Shown here in pieces: positions 1 to 11,906 of a stretch of DNA of 64,000 nucleotides (position 1 is its first letter; each line of letters starts with the position of its first letter). The stretch comes from Convolutriloba macropyga. Taxonomy: Eukaryota. Position numbers and translations under genes: made by a program. The notes beneath the pieces were generated by a model, which saw nothing but the letters and a program-made list of their open reading frames with translations, was not told the origin of the DNA and did no database searches. The stretch lies in NCBI RefSeq assembly GCF_964194025.1, contig NC_134478.1, positions 55,428,001 to 55,492,000 on the forward strand, in the 5' to 3' direction.

Positions 1-375
1 AGAAAACAGATGTTCCAGAAAAATGTTTATGCAAAACGTTTGCAAAAAAAAGACGCATATTCACAATAATTGATTCAAACTTCGTTCGAGAGCAATTAAA
101 AATATAGTAAGGGCCGTTTAAAACATGAAACAATGCCATTAAAAAAGTTCGTTACCACAAATTAACGTTAAATTAAGTTGCTATTTTTTATGCTACGAAA
201 CCCCCAATTACTCACGTTATCATCATCGTCATTCGTCAAGTAACATTTATATCACTCGGAGATTAGCGCTATTTTATCGTACAGTAAAACCAGATTCCAA
301 GGTTTTTATCAACGCAAACGTTAAAAATCAATTGATGCTTTGATTTTTGGTTGAAACGATCTCAAGAGTACTGAC

Positions 376-511
376 CTCCGATTGACATTCCAACGTAAGT
401 GGAGTAGAGAATGAAGGACGAGAGTCCTCCGACTGAGAGAGACGAGTCATGTACCATCATCCCTCCAAAGTAGAACACACTCAGAATCATCAGGTTACCA
501 GCGAAACCATT
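376..511 (-). CDS. ABCB10: ABCB10-like exon (TM5-6); gene continues beyond the left edge of the window
   Basis: NGFAGNLMILSVFYFGGMMVHDSSLSVGGLSSFILYSTYVGMSIGG; tcag acceptor and GTCAGT donor. Confidence 0.93.
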
Positions 512-2633
512 CTGACAAAAACAATCAAGTGTTGACACAATTTTTCTCTTCATTCAGTTTTATAAACAAAATAATTCCTTAATTACATGTTTTTAGGCAA
601 AATAGAGTATTCTAAATATTTCAATTCAAGTTCAAAACATAGCCGTCAAATTGCCGGAACATAGCCTCCTTCAAACCGCTTGACGCATATAAGGATTGAC
701 AAAAAGACAAAAATTGATAGAATTTGTTTCCAAGTGTCAAAAAGAGATCGTTTGGTGTGGGGGAGGGAGGAGGTACGTGAGAGGGGGCCGATGATGGGGG
801 TGGGGGTTGTGGGGGTGGGGGTTGTGGGGGTGGGGGTCAACATCTAAGAACCACCCTTCACACCACAAGTATAAGTCTCCAAAAGTTTCTGTGAATCGCA
901 TACTTGAAGACTAGTGAAACGAAAGGCTAAGGGAAATTTTAGAGCCTTTCAGTTCAATAGACTCCAAGTATGCGATCCACAGTATGCGATTCACGGTCAA
1001 GCGAAAAATATTATAAACTGGCCGATAGGACTAATATATTTGCTACAGACTTCGTTTGAGAGCAATTAACATTGTCAGATATAAATCTTGCACTGACAAA
1101 ATTTATACAGAAAATTCACTGTAAAATCTTGAAACTCAAAAATTTGAACTCTTAGCAATATTTGATAAAATTGATAAAATATCCAGAATCATTAACAGGA
1201 CAAAATTTAAGAGCTCAAAGAAGTAACCTGGCCAGCAAACTGACATTGATAAGGAAAAAATAGAAATTAAACATACTAAGGCAAACTCAAAGGCAAACAA
1301 TCGATTGTAATCAAAATCTTGAAGCCAAAAAATGAGTTGAGTCACAAACAGCATAAAAATTAAGGGTCGTTCCCACAATTTCTCAGAGCTGCATGTTAAA
1401 TGAAATTAACTGCTATCAAAAAACTTCAAAAACGTAAGAAAAAATGACCAAATCCGTTCAACTTTTCAACATTTCTTAAATGCAGAGCAAATAAAACTAA
1501 AATTCATGGCAACAATTCAGCATACATATTTGCAAGAAACAGAAACGAGCCAATGCCAGAAACTGAAGGTTACGGACACAATTTTGTAATTGAAAGACAA
1601 GATGATAAAATTGCAATAGAAAAACAATTAAATTTATTATTTGCCATTTAAAGCTCAGTGTAAAATTACGAGTCGTCCTTCTGTGAAAATAAAACATCAC
1701 AAAACAGGATTCAAAGACTTGAGTTATCGTAATACTTTGCGTAAAATTTTAAAATATTGCTGCGATTATGAAGCAATTTTTAAAATTTCGAAAAACTTGG
1801 CACCAAAACAATAGAATTATTACTCATTGAATGCAAGAAATATCAAAGGGATGTTCTCGTCGGGCGAATTTCTCTTAAACGAACGGTTGGCTTCGTCAGT
1901 AGCTCGCCACCCACGGTTGGTGGTAGGCGATATGGGGAGAGGCCGATGTGAGGGGGGAGGCGATATACTTCACACCACAAAAAAGTTTTCTGTGAATCGC
2001 AAACTTGGAGACTAGTGCATTGAAAGGCTCTAAGAGAAATTAATGCCCGCCGGGCGCTACCTGTTTATCCCGTTTTTGATGACGAAAAGTCAAATGGGTC
2101 AGACGAAAAATTGGTCGAGCGAAAAATCACATAAAAAAGACCAACCTGACTAAAACAAATGCTACAAACTTTGTTTGAGAGCAATTAAAAAAGCCAAAAA
2201 TAACTTTAAGAAATTAAGAAATATGAGCCACTTTTGTACTTGAAACGCCTCATTAGCTCATAAACAATGAATATAATTTCTAGACGGTAACACATTGATA
2301 GAGCGTCGACCAAAAATATTTTTACGAAAAACTAAACTACAAGGAAAAATTGAACCAAATGGGCAAAGAAACGGCTAAAAACGGTCACCTACATGAGCTA
2401 TTGTCTCAAAAAAAACTTCAAAGTCAAACAAAAATTCATTCACTCAACGCATTCACTCAACTCAATCGTAAAAACATATAAAATAGCAATATTCCTCTTT
2501 CATTCGTTAAAACCACGAGCATCGCAATATAGCGATTTAAATGCTTACTAAATGAAAAGATCTAAATATTAAATGAAAAGAAACCCCCCCCCCCCCGGTA
2601 ATAATTAAAAAGAGTATAAGAATATATACATAC

Positions 2634-2780
2634 CATCATGTAGAATAGAGAGTGTCCTAGTACTTCTTTTGATGCTACATTGTACACGTCATTCACTCTA
2701 TCACCATACACCCTCCTCTCTGTCTCCTCCCTCGCAAACGCCTTCACCAGTCTCATGTTTGATAACCTCTCCTCTGCGAA
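2634..2780 (-). CDS. ABCB10: ABCB10-like exon (TM domain)
   Basis: FAEERLSNMRLVKAFARE...SLFYMM; 147 nt, ttag acceptor and GTATGT donor. Confidence 0.93.
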
Positions 2781-3647
2781 CTAAGACAAAAATACAGAAT
2801 TACCACAAGAAACACGCATGTGCAAGTTTTAAAATGCCAGATATCTGCAGTGCGAGATTCTACAGTTTCCCCATAAACAGTGCCAGATTTCAGCCTTGCA
2901 AGTTGTGTTCAGAGCAAGGCAACGTGACTCCGTGCTTAAGTCACTTCGAAATTCTGACTTCGAAGTCACTTCGAAATTCTGAAGCTGCGCAGTTCAGAAC
3001 ATCAGAGTCACGTACCCTATATAATTGATTAAAACAAAGTAATAACAAGGTAATATTATGAAGTATTATAATATAGAGCCAGCAAAATTTTATCCAAATT
3101 TAATATCGCTCCATAAAGAAGTTATACAACAATGGATCTCTTTGAAATAGATTAAACTACTTGAAACAGAAAACGATAAAACTATTGAAGTTCGTTCCGA
3201 TGGCCTAGCTAACTTTCAATATTCGATAGTTACTTTTCCTTTTTTCCAAGTTTGTTTTGAAATTCTTTTCAAGTCAATCAAAAACCGATGTCTAACTTCT
3301 TAAGAACACTTTGATTGACATTCAGCGAACAAAACTTAATTGGTAAAACTCCAATGTACATTCACTCTACTTTAATACATAGCATACCCTCATAACCATT
3401 ATTAAAGAAAATGACCAATCATAAAACGCCAAATATGAAACTCACTAGCCATACAAAGTTCATAAGTTTCACGTTGAGCTCATAAACAGTCCAAAAGGCA
3501 ATTGCTAGTATACAAACACGACATCTGTGTATAAAATGCCAAAATCTCAATTTCACTTTAACAGTACCATACTTACCATTGAACGCCGTAAAAAAAGATT
3601 TAGTGGTTCATTTTCTGGCTTCAAGTTTCAATAAATGAAGATATCAT

Positions 3648-4078
3648 AAATATAGCCGACTAACGTCGGAAGAATTGTTTTACAACGAGTGCTAGGAGCA
3701 CAAATCTATTGCAGCCTGCTCCAGCCGGGGGGGGGGGGAGGAGGGGGAGTACCAAAATTCACTAAAGGGGGTTCAAATGACGACAGTGATTATTATATAC
3801 CACTGTAACAACTAATATGACTACAATTTCGGTGTAAAATTGACTACAATTTCGGTGCCCTTTTCATTTGACTTTTGGTAGTGAACTGCCGCCACTTGAG
3901 TTCAGCTACTAAAAATTGTTGAGGAGAGAAAAATTTAGATCACGCAAACCGAACAAGTCAAGGGCGTAAAAAGTCACTCGACAAGTCAAAATGGTCAAGC
4001 AAAAATTTTTCATTTTGCAAAAAAAAAAGAACAACACGTTTTCAATAATTACTTCGGACTTCGTTCAAGAGCAATTAA
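3648..4078 (-). mobile_element. Helentron-type non-autonomous element (HINE/DINE-1-like), family 1
   Basis: Subterminal IR AATTGCTCTCGAACGA/TCGTTC(A)AGAGCAATT, 3' hairpin CCGAC-TAAC-GTCGG, internal G-tract, T-rich flanks, no TSD. Confidence 0.75.
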
Positions 4079-4739
4079 TAACTGTCCAAAACTGTTCTGT
4101 AATGCTGCATATCAGTCCAGAAAAATCAGTTTTGGAGGCGGCAAATGCCCCCCCCCCCCCCCCCAGCTTAGGGAGCTTATATCTTTTACGCCCCCCCCCC
4201 CCCCCCCCCAGGCGCACGTGCTATTTTTTTGACATAGTAACGTGCTATATAACAACATATGATTTGTAACTGGGGGCGGCGCAAAAAACACTAGGGGGCC
4301 AAAACAAAAGATCCAAACTTTCATGGTTCCTTACTAGCCATAAAACGGGCAATATTTCTTAGCTTTACTAGCATTAGAACGGTTTATCAAAGCCACAAAA
4401 AATACCATTTGTTTCCATAATATGGCATAGCCGAAAAATTGATCAGAATTTATGGAACTTACTCGCCATTAAAACGGACCGTGGATAGTACCTTACCAAA
4501 CATAGCAACAACATAAAGGGTATATTTTTATGGTCTTTATGAACATATGGGCCGTTCTGTGCTAAGTAGGTTTGGCCAACCCGTGCAGCTATTCCCTGCC
4601 TTAATACGTACATATCTAAATCATATATTAATACGTGGATGGTTGAACCCCCCCCCCCACTCCCCGCTATCTATGCTCGCACGACAATACTTCCATTAAT
4701 GAATGATATAGATGTTATTGTTGGAGTTGATGGACCAAC

Positions 4740-4874
4740 CTCAGTTGACAATGCGAGTGAGTCCTGAACTTGTCTGCTGATTTTCTTGAGGTATCTTCCA
4801 AACATCATGGAAGTTAGCACCACTGGAGGTAGGATCACCATCACTGCTATTGACAATTTGGCCGATGTGTACAC
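4740..4874 (-). CDS. ABCB10: ABCB10-like exon (TM domain)
   Basis: VYTSAKLSIAVMVILPPVVLTSMMFGRYLKKISRQVQDSLALSTE; 135 nt, phase 0/0, AG/GT boundaries. Confidence 0.93.
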
Positions 4875-5757
4875 CTGCATCAAATGTAAGGTTAATCATT
4901 GATTATGAAAGTGAAAAGGATCATTGTGCCCCCAGTACGTTATGCACCCCACGTTAGAGAGCACATGCCATTACACTGTAAATCATTATGTTAAAATTTG
5001 GCATGTGCGTCTGGGGAGCAAATAATAAGCACCCACTAAACTGGGGGGAGGGGGGCACAAACGGAAAAGATAAAAAAAGATTCAGAAAATGGTCTATTCA
5101 CATAAAATCATTTTTGTGTTGCAACACTTATTTTTTTAGACTTCTTTTAAACGCTTTAAAGACAATTAGTTTAAGCTTCACGAGAACTCAACCTCAAAAG
5201 GAAACAAGTGTTCGTGACAAAAATCAGATCAAATTGTGATTTCTTAGTTCAAACCACGTGGTAACTTATTGTTGCATTTGTAAAAAAAAAGTCGTCTTGA
5301 ATTGAAAATGCAAAGCTCCCGAAACTTAGAAATTCAAAGGGTTGTTCACCCCAACAAGCACAATTATTTCAAAAAACCTTTTTTAAATTATTTTCAAAAA
5401 CCTTTTTTTAAAAAGATTATTTCAGAAATCTCGACTTCTTGGAAAGAACTCCAACAGTCAAACATCAGACGACGACGCGAAAACACTGTACAGATAGATT
5501 TCTGGATACACTCATTCGAGCACTTCCCAAAACACTCAACCTTTTATTTAATTCAAAATCTTTAAACCCCTAAAATACTTCCAAAGAACTCAAACTCTTT
5601 AATCAAGAATTTGTCGAGCAGAGAAGATTAAAAAATGAAAACAACAGAAAAAATTAGCCGCAAAGAACAAAAGCACCGCGTGAAATTCCCAAGTAAATTA
5701 AATGAAAACGTGATGGGGGGGGGTGAAGTGAGTGCGGAGGGGAGTCAAACTTTTACG

Positions 5758-6258
5758 AAACATAGCCGGCAGATTGTCAGAAAATAGCCGCAATAGCTTT
5801 GTAGATCTGCAGTCTCAAAAAAAAGTAAAAACAAAAGACAGACGAAAAAAGAAATTTATTCTTTTCATTAAGGGCTGATATGTTAAATTTTGATTATGAA
5901 TCTGTATAACTTATTGCTGTTTCATTTAGCTGCCCTTAAATAATGTTCAATTAGAGTAATATACACTCACTTGACCTTATCTCTTTGAATTAAAGTAAAG
6001 AGAAGTCAATTTCAAAGCGAGGAAGTCATTTTGAGAGTGAGGTAAGTCACGTATGAACAAAAACTTAATCACGCGAATGAACAAAAAACTCGCTCCACCA
6101 GGAGTGAAAAATCACATCACGCACGCAATTCAGTTGAAATTGCATGAACGAATGAAAAAGCAGATTTGAAGTGATTGTGACGTCATAGGGTCGTAACAAA
6201 AATATTAACGAAACAAAAAGCAGGAGGCCAAAAATAGCTGTCGCTTCGCGGCTATTAA
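5758..6258 (-). mobile_element. HINE family 2 copy
   Basis: Hairpin CCGGCA-GAT-TGCCGG (degenerate here) plus subterminal IR AATAGCCGC/GCGGCTATT. Related ends at 28121, 44390, 46918, 49622 and 51420. Confidence 0.7.
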
Positions 6259-6920
6259 TAAGAACCGCCCTCCACAATCTGAAATTGTCTCCTCAGAACA
6301 GTTTTGTTCAATCGCAATCTGCGAGTATAGTAAGGCTCAGGGCTCTAAGAGAACTTAATGCCCGCTGGGCGTTACCTGTTTATCCCATGTTTGGACGAAA
6401 AGTCCAATGAGTCAGACAAAAAATTGGTCAAGCAAAAAAATCATCTAAATAGAACAAAGGACTAACATAATTGCTACAAGCTTTGGCTGCAAGCAATCAA
6501 AAATCTCGGGGAAAAAATGCATAAGTCAATACTTTAAAGACTAAGGCAAGCGGCCGCATAAAAATTTCAAATTGTACCTGGACTAAAGCTTAAAATGTAA
6601 TAGGAAGACCGAAGATTATCAAAATAAGGGGTACAATAATAGCCAGCTGAATACCTGACGCCTAATTTTTTAATCTTTAAATGCAAAAACATGCAAATTT
6701 TGGGTCTTTCCCATTATAGCCCCCCATGAAATTATAGCCCCCATTATGGTATAATTACGGTATAATTACCATGATTGGAGTCTATAGGTTAACTGACCAC
6801 TAAGCTTGGGGGGGGGCTATAATGGGACAGACCCCAAATTTTGGACAACATTTCTTACAAATGCAATCCATGCATTTTTCCAATTATAGCCATCCAATAA
6901 TTCCAATTGAAGGCACTCAC

Positions 6921-7123
6921 CATTAGCGATAGGCCCCCCAACACCTGTAGGGTAGACCTCATCCCATCTGATATGTTGTATGTGAGAGAGGACCCAACCA
7001 CTTCTGTATCACTCGACAGTCTGTTCAACAGTTCTCCTGTCTGTGATTGGTCGAAGAAAGAAACGTCTGCTCGAATCAGAGAACGGAACACGTCGTTTCT
7101 CAGACGCTGGATTATTCTTTGAC
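6921..7123 (-). CDS. ABCB10: ABCB10-like exon (TM domain)
   Basis: GQRIIQRLRNDVFRSLIRADVSFFDQSQTGELLNRLSSDTEVVGSSLTYNISDGMRS is a classic ABCB-family segment; ccag acceptor and GTGAGT donor. Confidence 0.95.
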
Positions 7124-7214
7124 CTGGAAACAATAAAAGCAAATCAGTCGAAAGTTGAATTAAGATTTATTCGTATTCTTGTCTGATCTTAGTCGCCATA
7201 AAACAACAACTAGC

Positions 7215-7372
7215 GGATCTATTCTGCCCCCCCCCCCCCCGCAGTGGGCATATAATTTATGCCCCCCTGGCTCACGTGCTATTTTTTTTACATAGTAACG
7301 TGTTAAATAACATCGCGTTAATTGTTATTGGGCGCATAAAACACACTGGGGAGGGAACGAAACAATAGATCC
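7215..7372. mobile_element. MITE with GGATCT...AGATCC termini (Merlin-like)
   Basis: TIRs plus an 8-bp TSD caactagc/caactggc; homologous to 48243-48401 and 62308-62478. Confidence 0.7.
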
Positions 7373-7659
7373 CAACTGGCTTATTTAGTCATCAGAACAA
7401 ACTCACGATAAATAAAAATCGTCTATAAGCTATTTCTAGTTCTCCAAATCATTCTTCGAAAACGCGAGATTTATTCAACATTTGAAGTAAAAATGGCCGA
7501 CTTTGATCGCTCTAAAACAACATGCAAAATAGTTTTGAATGAACATCCAAACCGAAGCAAAATGAAAATACAAAAACGGCAGAACAAGGAAGATTCTTTA
7601 TTAAGTCGTGGAATCATTTATCGTTCTAGGTTATTACGGACGGTGAAAATAATAGGTAC

Positions 7660-7863
7660 CTGATGACTCGATGAGGTATATCCTAGCACCATTAGCAGCT
7701 GCTCCCACTACGAACAGTCCCACCAGCCATGCAGCCACGCTCTGTAGATTCTGCATGAGGAGAGCCTTGTCACTGAGGGTGTAGATTGTGTCTATGATTG
7801 TGCCTATGAAGTAGGGCACTGACAAGGTCACACCGCTCGATATGGACAGGAACCCAATTGCCA
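7660..7863 (-). CDS. ABCB10: ABCB10-like exon (ABC transmembrane domain, TM1-2)
   Basis: AIGFLSISSGVTLSVPYFIGTIIDTIY...LFVVGAAANGARIYLIESSG; AG/GT boundaries in consistent phase. Confidence 0.92.
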
Positions 7864-9233
7864 CTAGAAAGAAACAAGGAGGCTCGTTAATGTGCATTTG
7901 CACATGATGTTCCGACCCGAGCTCATCTACATTTTTGACTTAATTATTAACCAAATGAAGAGATAACAAAAATAGATGTATGAGTTTATAAAATTCGTTA
8001 CAAAACCTAACTACTAATTGAATTACATAATGCCATGCCTAATCACAATACTCACGAGATCTGCCATCAAAAAGACTGCGAGAAAAAAACAACAAAATAA
8101 GCAGAAACAAACTTCACGTCAAAAACTTCACATCTAAATTTAAAAGCACCTAGTAATAACGTTAAAATGCAATCAGATAAAACCTTAACTACACAATCTT
8201 ACTTTTTCCTAACTATACAGCAGATGGATATTTTCCTTAATGAGACTAGGTAACAAGTCGACAAAGAGAAATAATGAGGCGAAATTCAAAAATCAATCAA
8301 CATTTTTTAAACCAAAAATTTCAAAAGTCTTAAAAATCATTAGCTAATAACAAAATAATTCTAGATAAATTAAGCAAAAAGTCATTATAAAACCAATAGG
8401 AACTGTCTTTGGTTAGACTAAGCCTTGGGAACGGACTAAAGATACAGAAAAATTAAAAAATTAAACAGTTTGCGAAGCACAAATTATTGAAACCACTTAA
8501 ATCATTTGCTATTATCTGAATAATATGTATTTTTATTTAAGTTTTTATTTATAGAAATTCAGCAAAAATTATACTGAAAAAATAAATAAGTTCTTTTGGG
8601 CCACATTTGAAAATCATTGGGATCTGTTATTACCCGAATGTGCTAAAAGAAGAGAAAAGGAAACAAATACACCACTCACAAAACTTTTATGAAAACGCAT
8701 ATTGTCCAACAAACAAAACATCAGTTATGGCCTAATACCAGCAGACATGTTAATTTTTGGAATACATGGAATTGGATGGGACCTCTCAATGATGTTACAA
8801 GCTGTCATAAGTTACAAGCTGTCAAAAAAAACAACAAAAACTGAAAAGTTTGAAAAATCTTTAAAACTGTATAATATAAACTTTATGACTATTCGCCATA
8901 AACTGACTGATTCGTGTAACATCATTAATTCAATACTTAAATACAAGGTTATGAAAACGGTCAGCATTTTATGGCTAAACACGCGAAAACAGCAAATTAA
9001 AAAAGCGAGAAAAAAATCGAGCGAAAAACCATTAAAATGCAATTTTCACTTAAAAATTTTCTAATTTAAATTAACTTATTAACAGCAGGGGGATTCTTTC
9101 TTAACAATATGACTTCAAAAAATCAACAAATATGAGGAAATACATAATAACCACGAACTTTTTAAGAAAACCCGTAGTATCAACGCCATTAAATTCAATA
9201 CTTTTCAGCGAAGCCAGTAAACGCTAAATTATG

Positions 9234-9298
9234 AGAAGTAAAAAATGGGGGGTCTACCACACAGAAAAAGGATCCCTCCCTCTAGTAGCCTCGAAACC
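9234..9298 (+). repeat. Left terminal inverted repeat of Polinton
   Basis: AGAAGTAAAAAATGGGGGGTCTACCACACAG...GGATCCCTCCC matches the reverse complement of the right end (38/47 over the first 47 nt by manual alignment). Confidence 0.88.
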
Positions 9299-9834
9299 AC
9301 TTTCTATATATTTCTAACAACTATTTTTTGTATTTTAGATGCTGCCTTACCAACCTGGGCCATAGGATCATGATTTTTATGTTTTACAAATGCTTTTACT
9401 CAGGTTCTCTCACAAGGTTAGTTCAATCCGTTCAAACTCTATCTTTACCATTGACATTTGCCAAACAAAATAGTTAGCTTGGTATACAAATTTGTTCAAT
9501 TTCTTCAATATCAAACCTCTGCTGAACAGTTTTATTATACTGTAAACTCCGTATGTGTAATTTTTCGTTTTCTCTTTGCAACTTTTAGCTTTTATCTACA
9601 ATCAAAACCCGGTTCCTTTATTTGAATGAGCGGGTTGAATAATATCCCTTCAAGTAAGTTAAACAATTTTGTCTGAGCTTTGTGTTCTGCAATGCTTTAG
9701 CTTGCTTGTCTTTGAATAGCAATAACTTTAGAAAATTATATTAACGAAATGGTTCGAAATTGGTATAAGAAAGCATTTTCATGTTATAGGGAATATTTAT
9801 GCGCAAATTATCATAGAGTTTATCAAAAGTTTCA

Positions 9835-10146
9835 TCAATAATTTTCATTGTCAGACGGTAAGACAATAACGTCGTCATCTTCAGTCGCTGCTCTCACTTT
9901 AATGATCTTTTGGTTTCTCGGCTTAACTATTGCGATTGGCTTTTCTCTTTTGAGAGTTGCTCGATGACCTTCTTTATTGTATCTTAGATGGGCTGTAAAT
10001 TCTCGAAGTCGTAAAGCCACATATTTCAACTCCCACATTTCGCCTTTGTTCTCAAATTTCTTGATTTGGAAGAACACTGATAGCATCAGGTCGTCGGGGT
10101 CGAAATACTTCATTGAAAGTCTGTAGTAGACTTTATCGTTATCCAA
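9835..10146 (-). CDS. Polinton accessory ORF, unknown function (possibly PC4-like fold)
   Basis: Intact 103-aa ATG ORF whose start overlaps the stop of the upstream ORF; no firm family match. Confidence 0.5.
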   Translation of the reverse strand: MDNDKVYYRLSMKYFDPDDLMLSVFFQIKKFENKGEMWELKYVALRLREFTAHLRYNKEGHRATLKREKPIAIVKPRNQKIIKVRAATEDDDVIVLPSDNENY

Positions 10147-10594
10147 ATAGAAACATAATTAAACTCACGAAAGCTGTTTTAATCGTTTTCTGTATAGGGT
10201 TAGGTGAATTATGACCTAAATTAAAATTCAACTCTTCAACTAATATCACATTGCTGAAATTATAAAGTGCGATACTACCTTTGATGTCTCGTATCACCTC
10301 GCAATTCTTTGAATCAAGCCGCATTCTTTCGCAGGCCTCAATTTGTATCACGAGACGTCCTTCTTTATTGATTTTGCCCACAGTGATAACTCTGATAAGG
10401 TCACTGTCCATCATCACCGTGTTTATTAGGGACCTCAAATATTCTTCAGGTAATGTAAGATTTTGGTACAAAAATCTTTCACCGTTCGAATATTTATATA
10501 GCGATATTTCAATTGTTGCGCCCTCTGTGTTATCTTCTCTCCAAATTCTCACAAAGCGCGTAGAGGTTTGCTTTTCAAACAGATAACCAGACAT
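10139..10594 (-). CDS. Polinton accessory ORF, unknown function (possibly PC4-like fold)
   Basis: Intact 151-aa ATG ORF; TATAAAA on the minus strand about 80 nt upstream (~10675-10681). Confidence 0.55.
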   Translation of the reverse strand: MSGYLFEKQTSTRFVRIWREDNTEGATIEISLYKYSNGERFLYQNLTLPEEYLRSLINTVMMDSDLIRVITVGKINKEGRLVIQIEACERMRLDSKNCEVIRDIKGSIALYNFSNVILVEELNFNLGHNSPNPIQKTIKTAFVSLIMFLFG

Positions 10595-11906
10595 TTGCAG
10601 TGTATTTAGTTTTAAGTTTAAATGTTGTTTTTTGTGAAAGAGCTCAGGATGGTAATTTGCCGATTTGTGGCCTTTTTATACCCGTTATCATTCTCAGATA
10701 AGTCTGTATCTCGACGGAAAAGAAATTTATAACCGCAATTTACGGTTTTTCCCTTGCGGCGCATTCGATTTATGGGGTCTCATCGACGTTTTCTTTTGTG
10801 GTGCATTGGAGCATATCTTTCAAGTTTTGTTAGTATTCATAATCTTAAACAAACGGCAAATAAGATTTCGCTTCGATAAAAATTCAGGCTTTCCGCTCGC
10901 AAATTTTCATTTTCTAAATAATAATCCTACGGACCGCTTTCGACTTTCAGACTCAACAAACTCCAACAACTAGCCATCATCTGGAAGAAGTTTTACCAAC
11001 AACAAAACGATACTGTCCTGCAACTTTCATTCTAATTTGGGTTTGGAGCCAATCAACGCATCAATAATTCATTTCAACACACAGAGGAAGGGTATGTTTT
11101 GTCTTAGATAAACTAAATTCTGCAGTTGAAGCTGTGCGAAGCCAGGATGTGTTTATACACTCCTTTTTTCGTGATGCCTTTTACAATATTGTCTTCGCTT
11201 AAAACTTATCGATTCTTGAGCAACGAAAGTTCCTCGATTGTTTGATCATTGAAAAATATTGTGGTAGGGGTTAACTTATACCCAAATTTTCTTTACTTCT
11301 GTTCAATGTGCACGTTTTCTAAAAATATAGAGTTTGTAGAGAAGCTGCTCTAGGGGTTAATTTATGCTCAAAATTTTTGCACTTCGGTTCATTGGTCAAT
11401 GCAATTTTTTTCAAATTTTATAGTAACAGCTCTGTCCAATTGATTGATAAGTCCTAAATCACTGTTCAAGGGGAAAATTTATGCCAAATTTTCAATTTTG
11501 TGTTTCGTTGTGCATTCCTTTTTTGAAACTGAACATCGTTGTTTCTCAAACCTCACTAAAATTTTTCCAAAAACTGCTTCAGGGGTTAATTTATGCTCAA
11601 TTTGTGTGCACTTCGGATCAATACTTAACGCAGTTTTTTTTTGAAACTTGGAAATACTTCCTGCTTTAAAGTGTACTTTGTTGCCCAATTTTAAAAATAC
11701 TTCACTAGGGGGTAATTTATGCCCTATTTTTTTCTCCGGTGATGATTATTAATTGCAAATTCTTGAATTTACTAATACATCAAACGACCTCGCTTCAGCG
11801 TACCAAACTTAGAAGTGAAAAAGGGGTTGCTCGTTGCCCTGTTATGCTATCGGAAAATGTTTGGCTCGTATTGCAATAAAAACCGATCACGTTTACGTAG
11901 GGTTCA

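Noticed and set aside
646-843. Pro/Thr-repeat ORF (also 3991-4324 and 41421-41714)
   Set aside because: G/C tracts inside HINE and MITE repeats.
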